Shown: positions 26,626 to 39,979 of the stretch, in pieces | Layout: each line of letters starts with the position of its first letter | Numbering within the stretch: position 1 is the first letter of the stretch | Origin: Octopus sinensis | Taxonomy: Eukaryota | Length of the DNA: 64,000 nucleotides | Assembly (NCBI RefSeq): GCF_006345805.1 | Contig: NC_043013.1 | Location: 41,540,001 to 41,604,000 of the forward strand | Direction: 5' to 3' | Translations under genes and position numbers: made by a program | Notes under the pieces: generated by a model | The model's input: only the letters and a program-made list of their open reading frames with translations | What the model was told of the DNA's origin: nothing | Database searches by the model: none

Positions 26626-27930
26626 CTAGCTGTTGGACCCAGCGTTCCTCGTGTTTTCCGTGTTGAAGTTAAGCCTACCTCTGACCCTGTATTGAAATCA
26701 TCTACGTTCCCCGTGCCAACTATTACCAATTAAGATGTTATATGTTATATCTGTTTCGGCAGGCTGTTACAGGATGAGTAGATGTTTGGCAGGCGGAGAG
26801 AAAATGGTCAGGGCAGACGACAGAGTTTTGTTGATGGAGCAGAGCTTTTGCCGCCATCGACGATGTGTTCAATGGTGCAGCGAAGTGAGGCTGAAGTAAT
26901 AAATGAAAACTTTAAGAACATACTTTGAGAGAATGAGTTCGCATTTGTAAAAAAGGTACTTAGAGTGGAGTCGTGAGGAGAATTGGAGACTTGACTGTAT
27001 TTTTCGATCATGTTTGATGAAATTCATTCCTGTAATGCAAGGGTAGACGACATTTTTTGTCTTTCCGACTTGGGTGTAGATGAAAAAGTTTTGAGGATTG
27101 CCAGCTCTTGAGCATCCTACGTATAGTTGGCCATGAGAGAATGCAGGTTCAGTGAGGTAAAGTCCAACTACCTCCAATGACTGGCCTTGGGCTATTTTTA
27201 TGCTCATGCCGAAACTGAGTTTGACTGGGAATTGTAGCCGCTTGAACTGGAATCAGTGGAATTCTGGGGATAAAAACAGTATCGCTACTTGCCTTTCCTG
27301 TTAGAATTGTCGCCTCAATGACTTCTGGCATCAATCTTTTGATTATTAGTCGCATGCCATTGTAAAGTTTGGGCGGATCCAAGTTCCTCAACAGCATAAC
27401 TGGAGCGCCTGTCTTTAGCTGCAAATCATGTGGTGGTAGAGCTGATGGTGCCAGAGTGTTCAATACTTCAACAGCATATTCCGTAGCATCAGTAATGTTG
27501 ACAACGGTGTCAATTGATTTGTAGGTGCACCACTGTCCTGAAAGCTGCTCCAGGGGGATGTTGTTCAACTCATCTAGTGTAACAGTTTTTGCGCGTGAGC
27601 AGACGTTTATAAAATCAATATGCAAATACCCATAAGAATTATATTTATTGCCGTAATTTTTTCATTATTGATCCGATCTCGATGAAATTAAAGATATAGG
27701 TCAAGTTTGTGGTGGGAGTGATGCATAAGGTGTTTATTTAATTCAAGAGGGCTTCAAGAGGACAGAATTGTAAATAAACATTTCCTTAGAGACTATTCTA
27801 TCGATTTTGTTGAAATTTTACACGTGAAAAAATGCAAACGCTGCAGGAAAAATAACATCGTTATGGGAATTTCCATTCAAACGGCCCAAACACACAGACA
27901 GGCACCATTAGACATTATATATATATATAT
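26626..27930 (-). mobile_element. Internally deleted Helitron carrying the RepHel helicase C-terminus
   Basis: 3' end cgaggaacgctggg...cagCTAG at 26626. The 5' boundary near 27930 is approximate because it is eroded by (TA)n. Confidence 0.8.
27030..27625 (-). pseudogene. PIF1-like Helitron helicase remnant (frameshifted)
   Basis: LPPHDLQLKTGAPVMLLRNLDPPKLYNGMRL...VFIPRIPL, then AQGQSLEVVGLYL...FSHGQLYVGCSR...KTKNVVYP. Confidence 0.95.
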
Positions 27931-27938
27931 CTAATATA

Positions 27939-27990
<52 letters not shown>

Positions 27991-28113
27991 AACCTTTACA
28001 TAAATAAATAACGTGAAATACACGAAGGGACGAACATAAGAGACAGACGGGTCATTCAAAGCCTTCGTTCTTCAGTCAGAAAAACCGATTCATATATATA
28101 TAATATATATATA

Positions 28114-28141
<28 letters not shown>

Positions 28142-28144
<3 letters not shown>

Positions 28145-28273
28145 ATGAATTATAAATGGAGAATAGAGATTAATATCCAGTTTTATTCAGCAGTTAATTA
28201 CTTCTTTTCAGTAATTAACTGCTGAATTAAACGGGATATAAATCTATATTCTCCTTTTTAATAAATTCATTAT
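28142..28273. repeat. Imperfect ~130-bp palindrome
   Basis: ataatgaatt...cagcagttaattact tcttttc agtaattaactgctg...aattcattat. Confidence 0.85.
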
Positions 28274-29327
28274 TTTCTCTACAAAAAACGTACAAACTCA
28301 ATAGAGACATATGTATTTACCGATGTGAAGATAGACTGGGGTTAGTAAATCAAACTAACTGGTTAGCCGGCATTAATAACCGGTACATGCGACCACTTGG
28401 ATTGTATATCCCTACCAACCAAAATTTGTGAACTTATATAAACTGTATGATAATATATATTATAATAATATATATTCTCCGATATGAAGCGACAATTTTT
28501 AAATACAGACAAATGACCGAAAATTAATGAGCTAACCCTAGCCAGAATCGAACCCTCAAATCAACAGTAACATGTTTCCTTGTGCATCTGATTGGGCCAA
28601 ACACTCACCCATCAATTTCAGCCATTTTATTCCGTGAAACCGAGTATTTCTAGCTTATTGCGCAAATTTGTTGATACATAAATTGATGCACCTATGATGA
28701 TAGGTAGATAAGAATGAAAATTCATAGTCAGGGTAGAAGAGCGTTGTATGTATGCATCTATGAATGTATGCATGTATGAAGGTATTCACGTATGAATGTA
28801 TGAATGTATATATGTATGTAAGCATGCATGTATGTGTGTATGTATGCCTGTTTGAATGTATGAATGTATGAATGTATGAATGTATATATGTATGTAAGCA
28901 TATGTGTATATATGCATGTATGTAAGTATGTTTGTATGAATGTATATATGTATGTATGTGACCATGTATGTACGTATGGGTGCATTATGTATGTATATAT
29001 CTTTTATCTTTTACTCGTGTCAGTCATTAGACTGCGGCCATGGTACTTATCCTATCTGGTTCTTTTGCCGAACCGCTAAGTTTCGGGGGGCATAAACACA
29101 TCAAGGCCGCTTGTCGAGCTGTGATGTGCGACAAACAGACACACACACACACAAGCACTAACACATATATATATATATATGAACCTACCGGGTATTTTCA
29201 CACTATTCTCTTACCATAAGAGAGATATATTCTCCACGGTAACTGGAGTGTATTTGCCTTTTAGCTGTTGAAATAAGTCAAACATATTTCAACTAACTTA
29301 AATTCTGCATATAAAATATAGTATATA

Positions 29328-29375
<48 letters not shown>

Positions 29376-29487
29376 AATATTAGGGAATAAATCCAAATTT
29401 ACAGGGAAAAAATCAGATTTAGGATTAAATCCAATTTTATAGTAAAATATTATATAATATTAATTCGAGACAAAACCACATAAACCG

Positions 29488-29530
29488 CCACTACAATCGT
29501 TTCATGTCTTCAATGACATTCGTCAGGTGG
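29488..29530 (-). ncRNA. Minimal type I hammerhead ribozyme motif
   Basis: Exact reverse complement of the 29913-29955 motif. Confidence 0.85.
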
Positions 29531-29912
29531 ATTTTCGATCTCCTAATCTGTTTTAAAACAGATTAGGAGATCGAAAATCGAATGTCATTGAAGACATGAA
29601 ACGATTGTAGTGGCGGTTTATTTCTTTATATTAAAAATTTTTTATGTATTGATTAAGTCTTTCCTTGTACAGTTACCGTGGAGAATATATCTCTCTTATG
29701 GTAAGAAAATAGTTTGAAAATACCCGGTAGGTTCATATATATATATGTGTTAGTGTTTGTGTGTGTGTGTGTCTGTTTGTCGCACATCACAGCTCGACAA
29801 GCGGCCTTGATGTGTTTATGCCCCCCGAAACTTAGCGGTTCGGCAAAAGAACCAGATAGGATAAGTACCATGGCCGCAGTCTAATGACTGACACGAGTAA
29901 AAGATCGAAAAT

Positions 29913-29955
29913 CCACCTGACGAATGTCATTGAAGACATGAAACGATTGTAGTGG
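29913..29955 (+). ncRNA. Minimal type I hammerhead ribozyme motif
   Basis: CCAC CTGACGA ATGTC attgaa GACAT GAA AC gatt GT A GTGG; predicted cleavage after 29951. Confidence 0.85.
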
Positions 29956-30312
29956 CGGTTTATTTCTTTATATTAAAAAATTTTTATGTATTGATTAAGT
30001 CTTTCCTTGTTTGTTTTGCAAAACAGTGGTTTTGTCTCGAATTAATATTATATATATATATATATAAACAAGAAGGGTAGTAATATTATTTACTACCAGG
30101 TGCCCAGCACAAAAGACGAATTAGTCATAAGACAAAAATATTATTCATATAGAAAAATATTATTCATGTAGTTATACAATTAACTACGGTACGAGTTGTT
30201 AAAGTTATCGGTAAACGTTTTTGATTTTCACTCTCGATAAATTCATCCCCTTTGTGTTCCCAGCACTCGGCATCTTTATTTAGGAGCCCTTAATTGTATA
30301 TATATATATATA

Positions 30313-30353
<41 letters not shown>

Positions 30354-32499
30354 ATAGTGGGACTGAACCTGGAACGATGTGGTTTAAAAGCAAACTTCTT
30401 ACCACACATCCACGCCTGCATCTAATGTATGTGTGAATGTATCGCACTATAACACGTTAGCGAAGTACACCATGTACATAAAGCTTACAGTTTTGATATT
30501 AATTTTGCTCCTTTATATCTCGTTCACAGTCAGGCATTACATCTCATTATATGCAGTATATTCCCCAGCAGAAATATACACGAGGGATTGCAGCATCTGC
30601 ACAGAACAACACTGCACCATATATATTTTTATCCCATACATGCCAGAATGTTTTGTATGATCTTCAAAAGAGCTACAGAAATAGACAGGATAGTGCAGAG
30701 GCTGGAATATGCCTGTGCGGTAACACTGAACAGAACCGCATGAATTTTACATAAAATGTACAGTTATGTTTGTGAAAGCGCTTTGGATAAATAGATCATA
30801 CATATACATAAATACATACATGCTTACATAAATACATACACACACATCCATCCATCCATTCATACACGCATACATACATTATACATACATTATACATACA
30901 TTATACATACACTATCCATACATATATACATGCATACATACAAATATCATTTACAATTTATTTTTACTCAGCTCCAGTGCTACGGCCATGCCTGGGCATG
31001 TATATACAGAGAGGAGACAGACAGACAGATAGACAGATAGACATATCAGTAAGTAAATAATTATTATTAATTGATGGGCATTTTGTTAGAAATAACTATT
31101 AATTAGTACTATTAACATAATCTTAAGAACTATTATGATTACTTCTAAACGTTATGGTACTATCGCTCCCTCTTTTCAAAGACCTATTGGCGTATCCCGT
31201 TATGGTAATGTATTTAGCTTACTTTTTTTTTATTATTTATACACCCTGTTACCCCTAAAGAAAGATTAACCCACCAATTAATATTTCTAGTTTAGTCATT
31301 TACTCAACGTCCTGAAGCGTTATACTTCAAAATGGTATGATTTAAATATCATAAGCTTTCATTTTTCTTCTCGACGCTCTTTCCTTTTCTTTTATGTATT
31401 TTTCTTCATTCTGATGAAACTCCTTGTTCCAGATCGGATGTGTTGCAAAATATGACGCATATTATTCTCAGCATTTTCAATGACAAACCATAGAACATTG
31501 GAAGCAGAAACGGCTGTTAGATGGGATAAAGTTTTGCATTAAAAAGTAATAATCGATGTTAATCAATTGTTGTTGATCAATATTTCTCCATTTTCTGCTT
31601 AATTTTTATTTTATGTGTGTGTGCATCATATAAATACGTGTATATTACGTGTCTGTGTATATATTGTAGTATATATATCTGTAGTCTCGCATGCGCCCGC
31701 ACCGCGATAGTCTTTTCCATCTATCTTTCAGTTGCGAAGTGTGTCCTTGCATGCATATATATACACACATACAAACATATATATATATATATATAATATA
31801 TATATACAAACATATAAACACACATTTGTACACACACGCACATACATACATTCACTCTCACGCACGTACACACACACATACACACGTACAAACACACACT
31901 AATTCACATACACACCGACACATATACATACACACAACATATACCTCCACGCGTACGCACACATACACATACGTACACACATATAAGTACAGACACACAC
32001 ATACATACGCACACTCGCACACAATCATACATACGTATATATACACACACACACGCACGTACAAGCACACACGCACACATACACTAAGTCTAAGCACAGT
32101 TACTCGCCATACACACAAAAAACGCACACGTATACACACACATACTACAACAAAACACACACACGATACATATACACGCACACACACATACCTCCCTGTT
32201 TCTGACCTGCCTTTCTGACTTGCTAGGATACCCCCCCCCCACACTCCTTAATTCCCTACTGCCTGCTACCAGCCATCGACCACCATCCCACCACTGCTTG
32301 CTACCAGCCATCGTCCACCATACACACACATACACAGACACGCACACACACGCACACACTCGTACACACACACCCTTGTCATCTCGCACACCTTTTTTTA
32401 CCATTCCTTCTCTGATTCAGCACTTTTGTTTTAAAAAAACACTTTTCCGTCCTTTTGACCACTTCCGTTCTTTTAGTATGTGACCTCGTGTAGACTACC

Positions 32500-32661
32500 T
32501 GCTATTTTTTTCCTCTGTCCTCCCGTCTCGGGATGTTTCTTTCTCCTATGTTTCCGACGAAGAGCTCCGCTTGAAATCTTTCCTGAGCGTCCAATAATAC
32601 TTTATTTGTTCCACATCCTTGCGTTGTTGTTTTTTTTGTTTTGTGTTTCTTGTTTGGATTA

Positions 32662-32690
<29 letters not shown>
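32500..32690 (+). repeat. Pseudo-LTR-like repeat copy (same family as ~54545-54725) with a broken HHR
   Basis: tttccgacgaagagctccgcttgaaa...tcctgagcgtccaataata...tggattaactttatat is shared with 54590-54725. Confidence 0.75.
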
Positions 32691-32745
<55 letters not shown>

Positions 32746-33044
32746 GTATGTGTGTGTGTGTGCGTGCGCGGTTGTATGTAATGCATCGTATATGGATTAT
32801 GGATTATCTTCAGCAATGGATATATGGATCGAGCCTAGAGTTACAGCGGCTAATGAAGAACCATGGGGTTTCACAACCAGACACAGGACTGGCGCTACGC
32901 AACTACAACAACAAAAACAAAATGAGCAACTCCAAAAGATACCGCGCGATGATTATTCAATCGAATTACGAAAGATTAGAGGGAGTCAAATTCTGGGAAT
33001 ACAAAATTAAAGACCCAAAAGAAAAAAAGATTCTGGCAAAAAAG

Positions 33045-33310
33045 AAATATCATCATCATCATCATCATCATCATCATTTAGCGTCCGCATTCCATGCTAG
33101 CATGGGTTGGACGGTTCAACTGGGGTGTGGGAAGCCAGAAGGCTGCACCAGGCCCAGTCTGATTTGGCAAAGTTTCTACAGCCGGATGCCCTTCCTAACG
33201 CCAACCACTTCGTGAGTGTAGTGGGTGCTTTTTATGTGCCACCGGCACGGGGGCCAGGCGAGGCTGGCAACAGCCATGATCGGATGGTGCTTTTTATGTG
33301 CCACCGGCGC
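33045..33310 (-). mobile_element. SINE/LINE 3' end with (ATG)n tail, RTE-like
   Basis: Minus strand: ggttggcgttaggaagggcatccggctgtagaaac...gcatggaatgcggacgctaaatgatgatgatg. Confidence 0.65.
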
Positions 33311-33479
33311 GAATTGTCTCAATAGATTTTAAATTTGTGTGTTAACGAAATCTAGAATGACTTCATGGAATTTGATCTTGATCTTCTGTGAATGGGATGT
33401 AACTTAAACATAAATAATTGACGTCCTGTTCAATATCCGACGTTTATCATCCCTGTCAGTATAAAGGCACACATTAAGG

Positions 33480-33680
33480 CGATGAGCAGGGAGAAGCGTT
33501 AAGCACGCCGGCTGATATGATTAGCGGCATTTCGTCCGTCTTCACATTGTGAGTTCAAATTCCGCTGGGGACGAGTTTCACTTTCATCCTTTCGAAGTCG
33601 ATGCAAATAAGTACCAGTTGCGTACTGGGGTCGAATGTAATCGACCTGTCCACTCTTCCTTGTACCGAAATTTGAAACAA
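33480..33680 (+). mobile_element. SINE family A, diverged
   Basis: gagttcaaattccg...ctttcatcctttcgaagtcgatgcaaataagtaccag. Confidence 0.85.
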
Positions 33681-33962
33681 AATGTAAGTATATATATATA
33701 CACATTGCTATACGTGTATAACTATATGAATATGTATACACGCATCGATATTTTGTATATATACGTACACGTGCATATAGACGTTCGTATATATACATAT
33801 ATGCATATATATATTTCTATTTGTGTATATATGAATGTACAAATATATTTGAATTTACGTATACATACATATATATACATACATACATACATACACACAC
33901 ACACAATCACACACACATATACACACACACACACATATATATATAAATATATATACATACAT

Positions 33963-34001
<39 letters not shown>

Positions 34002-34172
34002 TATGAATATAAATATATATATACATATATATATACATATATATATATACATAAATTAAAGAATGGAGTTGAACGACGAATTAACAAAATCCCTTTATTT
34101 TCACTATGGGCTCTGTGTGAGAAGTCATCTAAAAGTTTTTTGTGCATCTTGATGTTGACATAAGTTCCTTGC

Positions 34173-34255
34173 TTTTCCTGATGAGAAAGCGGCATAATAT
34201 ACTCCTTATTCCTTCGCAATTAGGAATATGCAGCCTTCGAAACATATGTCGAAAA
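34173..34255 (+). ncRNA. Type I hammerhead ribozyme motif with extended stem II
   Basis: TTTTC CTGATGA GAAAGCGGCATA...TATGCAGCCTTC GAA ACATATGT C GAAAA. GUC triplet, cleavage after 34250, 8-nt palindromic stem III. Confidence 0.87.
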
Positions 34256-35218
34256 TAAAGGGATTTTGTTAATTCGTCGTTCAACTTCATTCTTTCATAT
34301 ATTTATGTTTAAAAAAAAACATACAAATTTCCACACGAAAGCACTTAACTTCAAACGCGTCTTCTCTGATGTGAATTTGCTACCCTGGTATCGGTTAACC
34401 GAATTATCCATAACAAGATAATTCATTCAACTACTCAAATATATATATACATATTTATATGTAAACACATGTATGTATATATATATATATACTACATGTG
34501 TGTATGTTCATATGCATGCATGTATATATATATATATATATGCATACAGGTTTATTTATATATGTATTCATGCACACATACATAATATAACATACATGCT
34601 TATATATATATATATATTATATATATATATATATTATATATATGTATGTGTGTGTGTGTGTGTGTATTTGTGTATTTATATATGTATGTGAGTGTGTGTG
34701 TGTGTGTGTGTACATGAGTGTGTGTGTATATGCGTGTGCGTGTGTACATGCGTGTGTGTGTGTGCGCGTGAATCTAAGCAAAACTAAGCTAAATTTTCAA
34801 GTTCTTACAAGAGATATTTTCGTTACGTAGACGGATTAAAATACCAGTCTAATCACCAGAGAAGTAACGTTTATTTTCGTAATAGTCTTTTTGATAAAAG
34901 CAAGTGTGCAGACGCTTTATCGCAGCATATCAAAAATTATGGAAGGAGTCAGCGAGAATACAGCTGATCGCTTCTTGTAGATTTGTAAAAGGACGCGACG
35001 TTACAAACATTAAAATTGGAAGAATGTAGAAAGATAAGTTCTGCGTAAATGATGATTCGTATCTTAAGCGCGGAGATATGTATTAATGCGCATGTGCCAA
35101 AATATACATTCACACAAACATACATACACACACATATATATGTGTGTGTGTGTGTGTCTGTGTATATGCGTGTGTGTAGTGTGTATGTGTGTATATGCAT
35201 GTATGTATGTATATATAT

Positions 35219-35269
<51 letters not shown>

Positions 35270-35559
35270 GCATATATACACACACATATAAATATATATA
35301 TAATATATATATACATATATATATATCATATAATAGATATATATATAAACAAATCAAATTGCGATAAAATAAAAATAATTATAATCGCTGGTATTACTAA
35401 CACAAGCCATATATTTTTCATATATACGTATATATATATATAACACACACACATATATATATTACACACATATCAATATGCATATATTTATATATACATA
35501 TACACATATAATATAGTAAAGATATACATATGCCTATATATGTGTATTTATATATTTAT

Positions 35560-35591
<32 letters not shown>

Positions 35592-35592
35592 C

Positions 35593-35631
<39 letters not shown>

Positions 35632-35664
35632 ATACTAGTATTTAACGTGTGCTTGTGTGTACGT

Positions 35665-36245
35665 AAAGCGGCGAGCTGGCAGAGCCGCGAACACGCCGGA
35701 CAGAACGCTTATCGGCATTTCGTCCGTCATTACCGGCATTTACATTCTGTGTACTAATTCCACCATGGTAGACCTTGCCTTTTATCCTTTCGAGGTCGAT
35801 AGAATATAGATTATGTTCTACTCTAGGCACAAGGCCCGAAATTTTGGGGAAGTGGGCCAATCAATCAGAACGCAACTGGTACTTAATTCATCGACCCCGA
35901 AAGGATGAAAGGCAAACTCAACCTCGGCGGAATTTGAACTCATAATCTAAAGACAGACGAAATACTGCTAAGCATTTCGTCGGGCGTGGTAATGTTTCTG
36001 CCAGCTCGCCACTTTAAAATCTAATATATATTCTTTTCTACTCTAGGCACAAGGTCCGAAATTTTGGGGCGGAGGCCAATCGATTATATCGACCCCAGTG
36101 CGTAACTGGTACTTAATTTATCGACCCCGAAAGGATGAAAGGCAAAGTCGACCTCGGCAGAATTTGATGTCAGAACATAAAGACAGACGAAATACCGCTA
36201 AGCATTTCGCCCGGCGTGCTAACGATTCTGCCAGCTCGCCACCTC
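35665..36245. mobile_element. Three SINE family A copies (one +, two -)
   Basis: + copy at 35665-35805; - copies at 35815-36012 and 36035-36243. Confidence 0.9.
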
Positions 36246-36774
36246 AAAACAGAATATATATTAGTTAAATACTGGGGTTGATGTAAGCAACCCCACCCCT
36301 CCCCGCAAAACCTGCTGACCCTGTACTAAAACTTGAAACCAGTTACATCTTTGCGTATGTGTACATATACAATTTACTGCCAATATAAGCAAACATATTT
36401 TTATAAATACGTTGATATTTTATCAATTAGTTTGAACGAACATACAGTTTAGTATTTCCAGGTTTTGAATTCCTTATCCTGGCAATATTCTCCTGATTCG
36501 AATGCTGATGTGCAGTGATAAAGCGCTAAACACTACTTTTATCAGAAATCTATTAGCAAAATAAACGTTACATCTTTTGAGAAGCAGATGTGAATTTAAC
36601 CCTCTCGCTACCTGTCTGATAAACAATGCTATCTTTATATGAATACGAAATGTTAATTTTCGTTTTGGAGGTCAATCAAAGGTATATATCTGGCACTGAA
36701 TACTTTTCTTGAAGTCTGCTTTTTTTCCAGTCAGTAGATTGTGGATACGAACACATCTTCCCTCTCTCCCTATT

Positions 36775-36822
<48 letters not shown>

Positions 36823-36884
36823 GCACACACACACACCACACATAAACTAACAAACCAAAAACATTCATACGCAGACATCCGTAT

Positions 36885-37195
36885 TCATGTATACATACCA
36901 TACATACATATATACATACATGTATACATACATATATACATACATGTATACATACATATATACATACATGTATACATACATATATACATACATGTATACA
37001 TACATATATAGACATACATGTATACATACATATATACATACATATATACATACATATATAGACATATAAGTATACATACATATATACATACATATATAGA
37101 CATATAAGTATACATACATATATACATACATATATAGACATATAAGTATACATACATATATACATACATATATACATACATGTATACATACATGT

Positions 37196-37200
<5 letters not shown>
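36885..37200. repeat. (CATA)-derived minisatellite, ~24-28 bp units
   Basis: Repeated catacatatatacatacatgtata and catacatatatagacatataagtata. Confidence 0.9.
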
Positions 37201-37258
<58 letters not shown>

Positions 37259-37326
37259 ATAAGAGTAGATCGTATACGAGTGGGTATATGTTTGTAAAAA
37301 AGGAGATGAAAACGCCACTATATTAG

Positions 37327-37387
37327 ATAAATTTTAATTTTACATGTTTCGGTTCTTGAAATAACGAACCTTATCAAAATAATTTAT
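37327..37387 (-). ncRNA. Minimal type I hammerhead motif with U3-A8 swap
   Basis: Exact reverse complement of 39888-39948; sense to the RT. Confidence 0.65.
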
Positions 37388-38079
37388 AATAAACAGTATA
37401 ATGGAACAGTTCATAATTGTTACATACATTCAATAGAATCCATGCTATATACATTCAATAGTATCCATGTTCTTAAAAAGGCGAACCTTATCAAATATAT
37501 TATAAAGAGTATAATAGAAAAAATCCATAGTCGTTCCTTACTGTTTTGTCGAGTGTAGTGGAGAAGTTCATTATAGATTTTACCTTGTGTTCCAATGGGA
37601 GCAACACAAGTGATTCTTGGTCGTCGTCTGTTGGGGTTATATCAGCTACCCTGGCACTCTTCACTGACGCCATATAATTCCAAACCAATCAAAACCCAGC
37701 TTCAACGAATATAAGGAAAATACCCCTAACTGTATCCTGTTAGGAAACCAACCAAGCAGAACGACAAGCTTGACCACAGAAGAAAAACGTCATCAATTTT
37801 TTCACGAATCAAAATCAGATCTGACCCATAACTGTATCCTGTAAGGTGGCTAGCCAAGCAGAACGACTAGTTTGACCACGGAAGAAAAACGTCATCAATT
37901 TTTTGACAAAGGAAAATCAGATCTGCTCGCAGAGAAAAAATCTTTTTATAAATTCTTCCTTCCCTAAGACATACCACTGCCAGCGGGGGTGACTGTTTAA
38001 GGATCTGAGAAATTGTAATCCCCCCCCCCACATCCACTATTTTAATTCTCTCACTGTGGCCGTAGCTGCAGTGGTAGTT

Positions 38080-39095
38080 TCTCTATACTTTTATCCCAGA
38101 GGATAAAACAGTCACCGAGGTATCTTTTCCAGTTGTTCTGGATATAGGTGGAGAAGGTGTTCCATATTTCTCGAGTGTTATCTTGTAGAGTATTTTGTCG
38201 AGGTATCCCATCACTAGGTTGGCAAAAGAAGGCGCAGTACGCGTGCCCATCGCTGTTCCCGATTTTTGTCTGTAGAAATTATTGTCAAAAATAAAGTAAA
38301 TTTCTAAAATAAATCTAAGTCCTATTATAAGATCTTTGTTTATGCGAGTTGGTAGTTCAAAGGAGTAGTTATTCAGCCAGAAGGTGATCGCTTCTATTCC
38401 TAAGGTGTGAGGGATGTTAGAATAAAGGTTAACTACGTCGAAGGATACTAGAAGGGTTTTCTCATTGACTGTTTTAGGGAGGAGGTTGAGAATGTCTATA
38501 TCGTCTCTTACGTAGCTTTTGATGTGTTTTAGGAAAGGTTTAAGAAGTGTGTCTAAGAAATTGCTGAAGGGGTGAGTCTCACATGCTGGTCCTGCTATTA
38601 TCGGTCTAAGTTTAAGATCATTTGGTGAAGGGATTTTGATGAGTAAATCGGTAGATGTTTTGCATGTTTCTCTAATTATTTGGCTTTTGTGTACTTTAGG
38701 GATACCATAGAACAAACTCGATTTGCACTTGAAGTTAGTGATGTATTCATACTCCTTGTCCGTGAGTCCTTCTCGGTATGTGTTGACTAGTGTCCTAAGG
38801 TTAAACATTATTTTTTGCTGATTATACTGTTGGGCCCTTTCATAATACGTTTCATCTCTTAATAGGGATAGCACTAACTTTTTATAATCGCTTGTATTCA
38901 TTACTACTATCGTGTTGCCCTTATCTGCCTCCTTAATTGTTATTGTTTTGTCTTCTCTTAGTTTGATGAGGTCGTTCCATTCTCTTTTGTTAAAGTTTGA
39001 GCTGTGTTTTTGTTTCTTGGTGAATTGAAAAGGGAAATTAGTTATGTAGTCACAATAGCGGTCTAGGGCTTTATTCTACGATCAACAGCCCCCTA
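38080..39095 (-). pseudogene. Penelope-like reverse transcriptase fragment
   Basis: IKEADKGNTIVVMN, FYGIPKVHK, LRPIIAG, LVSFDVVNLYSNIP, YRQKSGTAMG, and after a frameshift WKRYLGDCF (YxDD position). The RT C-terminus and GIY-YIG domain are absent. Confidence 0.95.
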
Positions 39096-39887
39096 CTACT
39101 ACCACTGCTGCTACGGCCACAGTGAGAGAATTAAAATAGTGGAGGTAGGGGGAATTACAATTTCTCAGATCCTTAAACAGTCACCCCCGCTGGCAGTGGT
39201 ATGTCTTAGGGAAGGAAGAATTTATAAAAAGATTTTTTCTCTGCGAGCAGATCTGATTTTCCTTCGTCAAAAAATTGATGACGTTTTACCTCCGTGGTCA
39301 AACTAGTCGTTCTGCTTGGTTAGCCACCTTACAGGATACAGTTATGGGTCAGATCTGATTTTGATTCGTTAAAAAATTGATGACGTTTTTCTTCCGTGGT
39401 CAAACTAGTCGTTCTACTTGGCTAGCCACCTTACAGGATACAGTTATGGGTCAGATCTGATTTTGATTCGTGAAAAAATTGATGACGTTTTTCTTCTGTG
39501 GTCAAGCTTGTCGTTCTGCTTGGTTGGTTTCCTAACAGGATACAGTTAGGGGTATTTTCCTTATATTCGTTGAAGCTGGGTCTTGATTGGTTTGGAATTA
39601 TATGACGTCAGTGAAGAGTGCCAGAGTAGCTGATATAACCCCAACAGACGACGACCAAGAATCACTTGTGTTGCTCCCATTGGAACACAAGGTAAAATCT
39701 ATAATGAACTTCTCCACTACACTCGACAAAACAGTAAGGAACGACTGTGGATTTTTTCTATTATACTCTTTATAATATATTTGATAAGGTTCGCCTTTTT
39801 AAGAACATGGATTCTATTGAATGTATATAGCATGGATTCTATTGAATGTATGTAACAATTATGAACTGTTCCATTATACTGTTTATT

Positions 39888-39948
39888 ATAAATTATTTTG
39901 ATAAGGTTCGTTATTTCAAGAACCGAAACATGTAAAATTAAAATTTAT
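39888..39948 (+). ncRNA. Minimal type I hammerhead motif with U3-A8 swap
   Basis: TT TTGATAA GGTTC gttatttcaa GAACC GAA ACATGT A AA. Stem III is palindromic; stem I is weak (2 bp plus a distal ataaatt/aatttat 7 bp). Confidence 0.65.
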
Positions 39949-39979
39949 CTAATACAGTGGCGTTTTCAAAATCTTTTTT

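Larger units (their letters stand above)
29006..30055. repeat. Complex PLE pseudo-LTR fold-back with an inverted duplication of flanking DNA
   Basis: 29006-29245 reappears inverted at 29670-29905, and 29573-29668 reappears direct at ~29903-30008. The outer ends 29453-29479 and ~30027-30052 are inverted. Confidence 0.92.

Noticed and set aside
37500-37688. Duplicated 62-aa ORF MVWNY... (also 39587-39775)
   Set aside because: It is duplicated only because it lies in both arms of the inverted repeat. It starts at a non-ATG codon and has no motif.
39268-39520. 102-bp tandem units as a CRISPR-like or HHR array
   Set aside because: There are no unique spacers and the context is eukaryotic. TTGATGA is present but has no matching stem II/GAAA.
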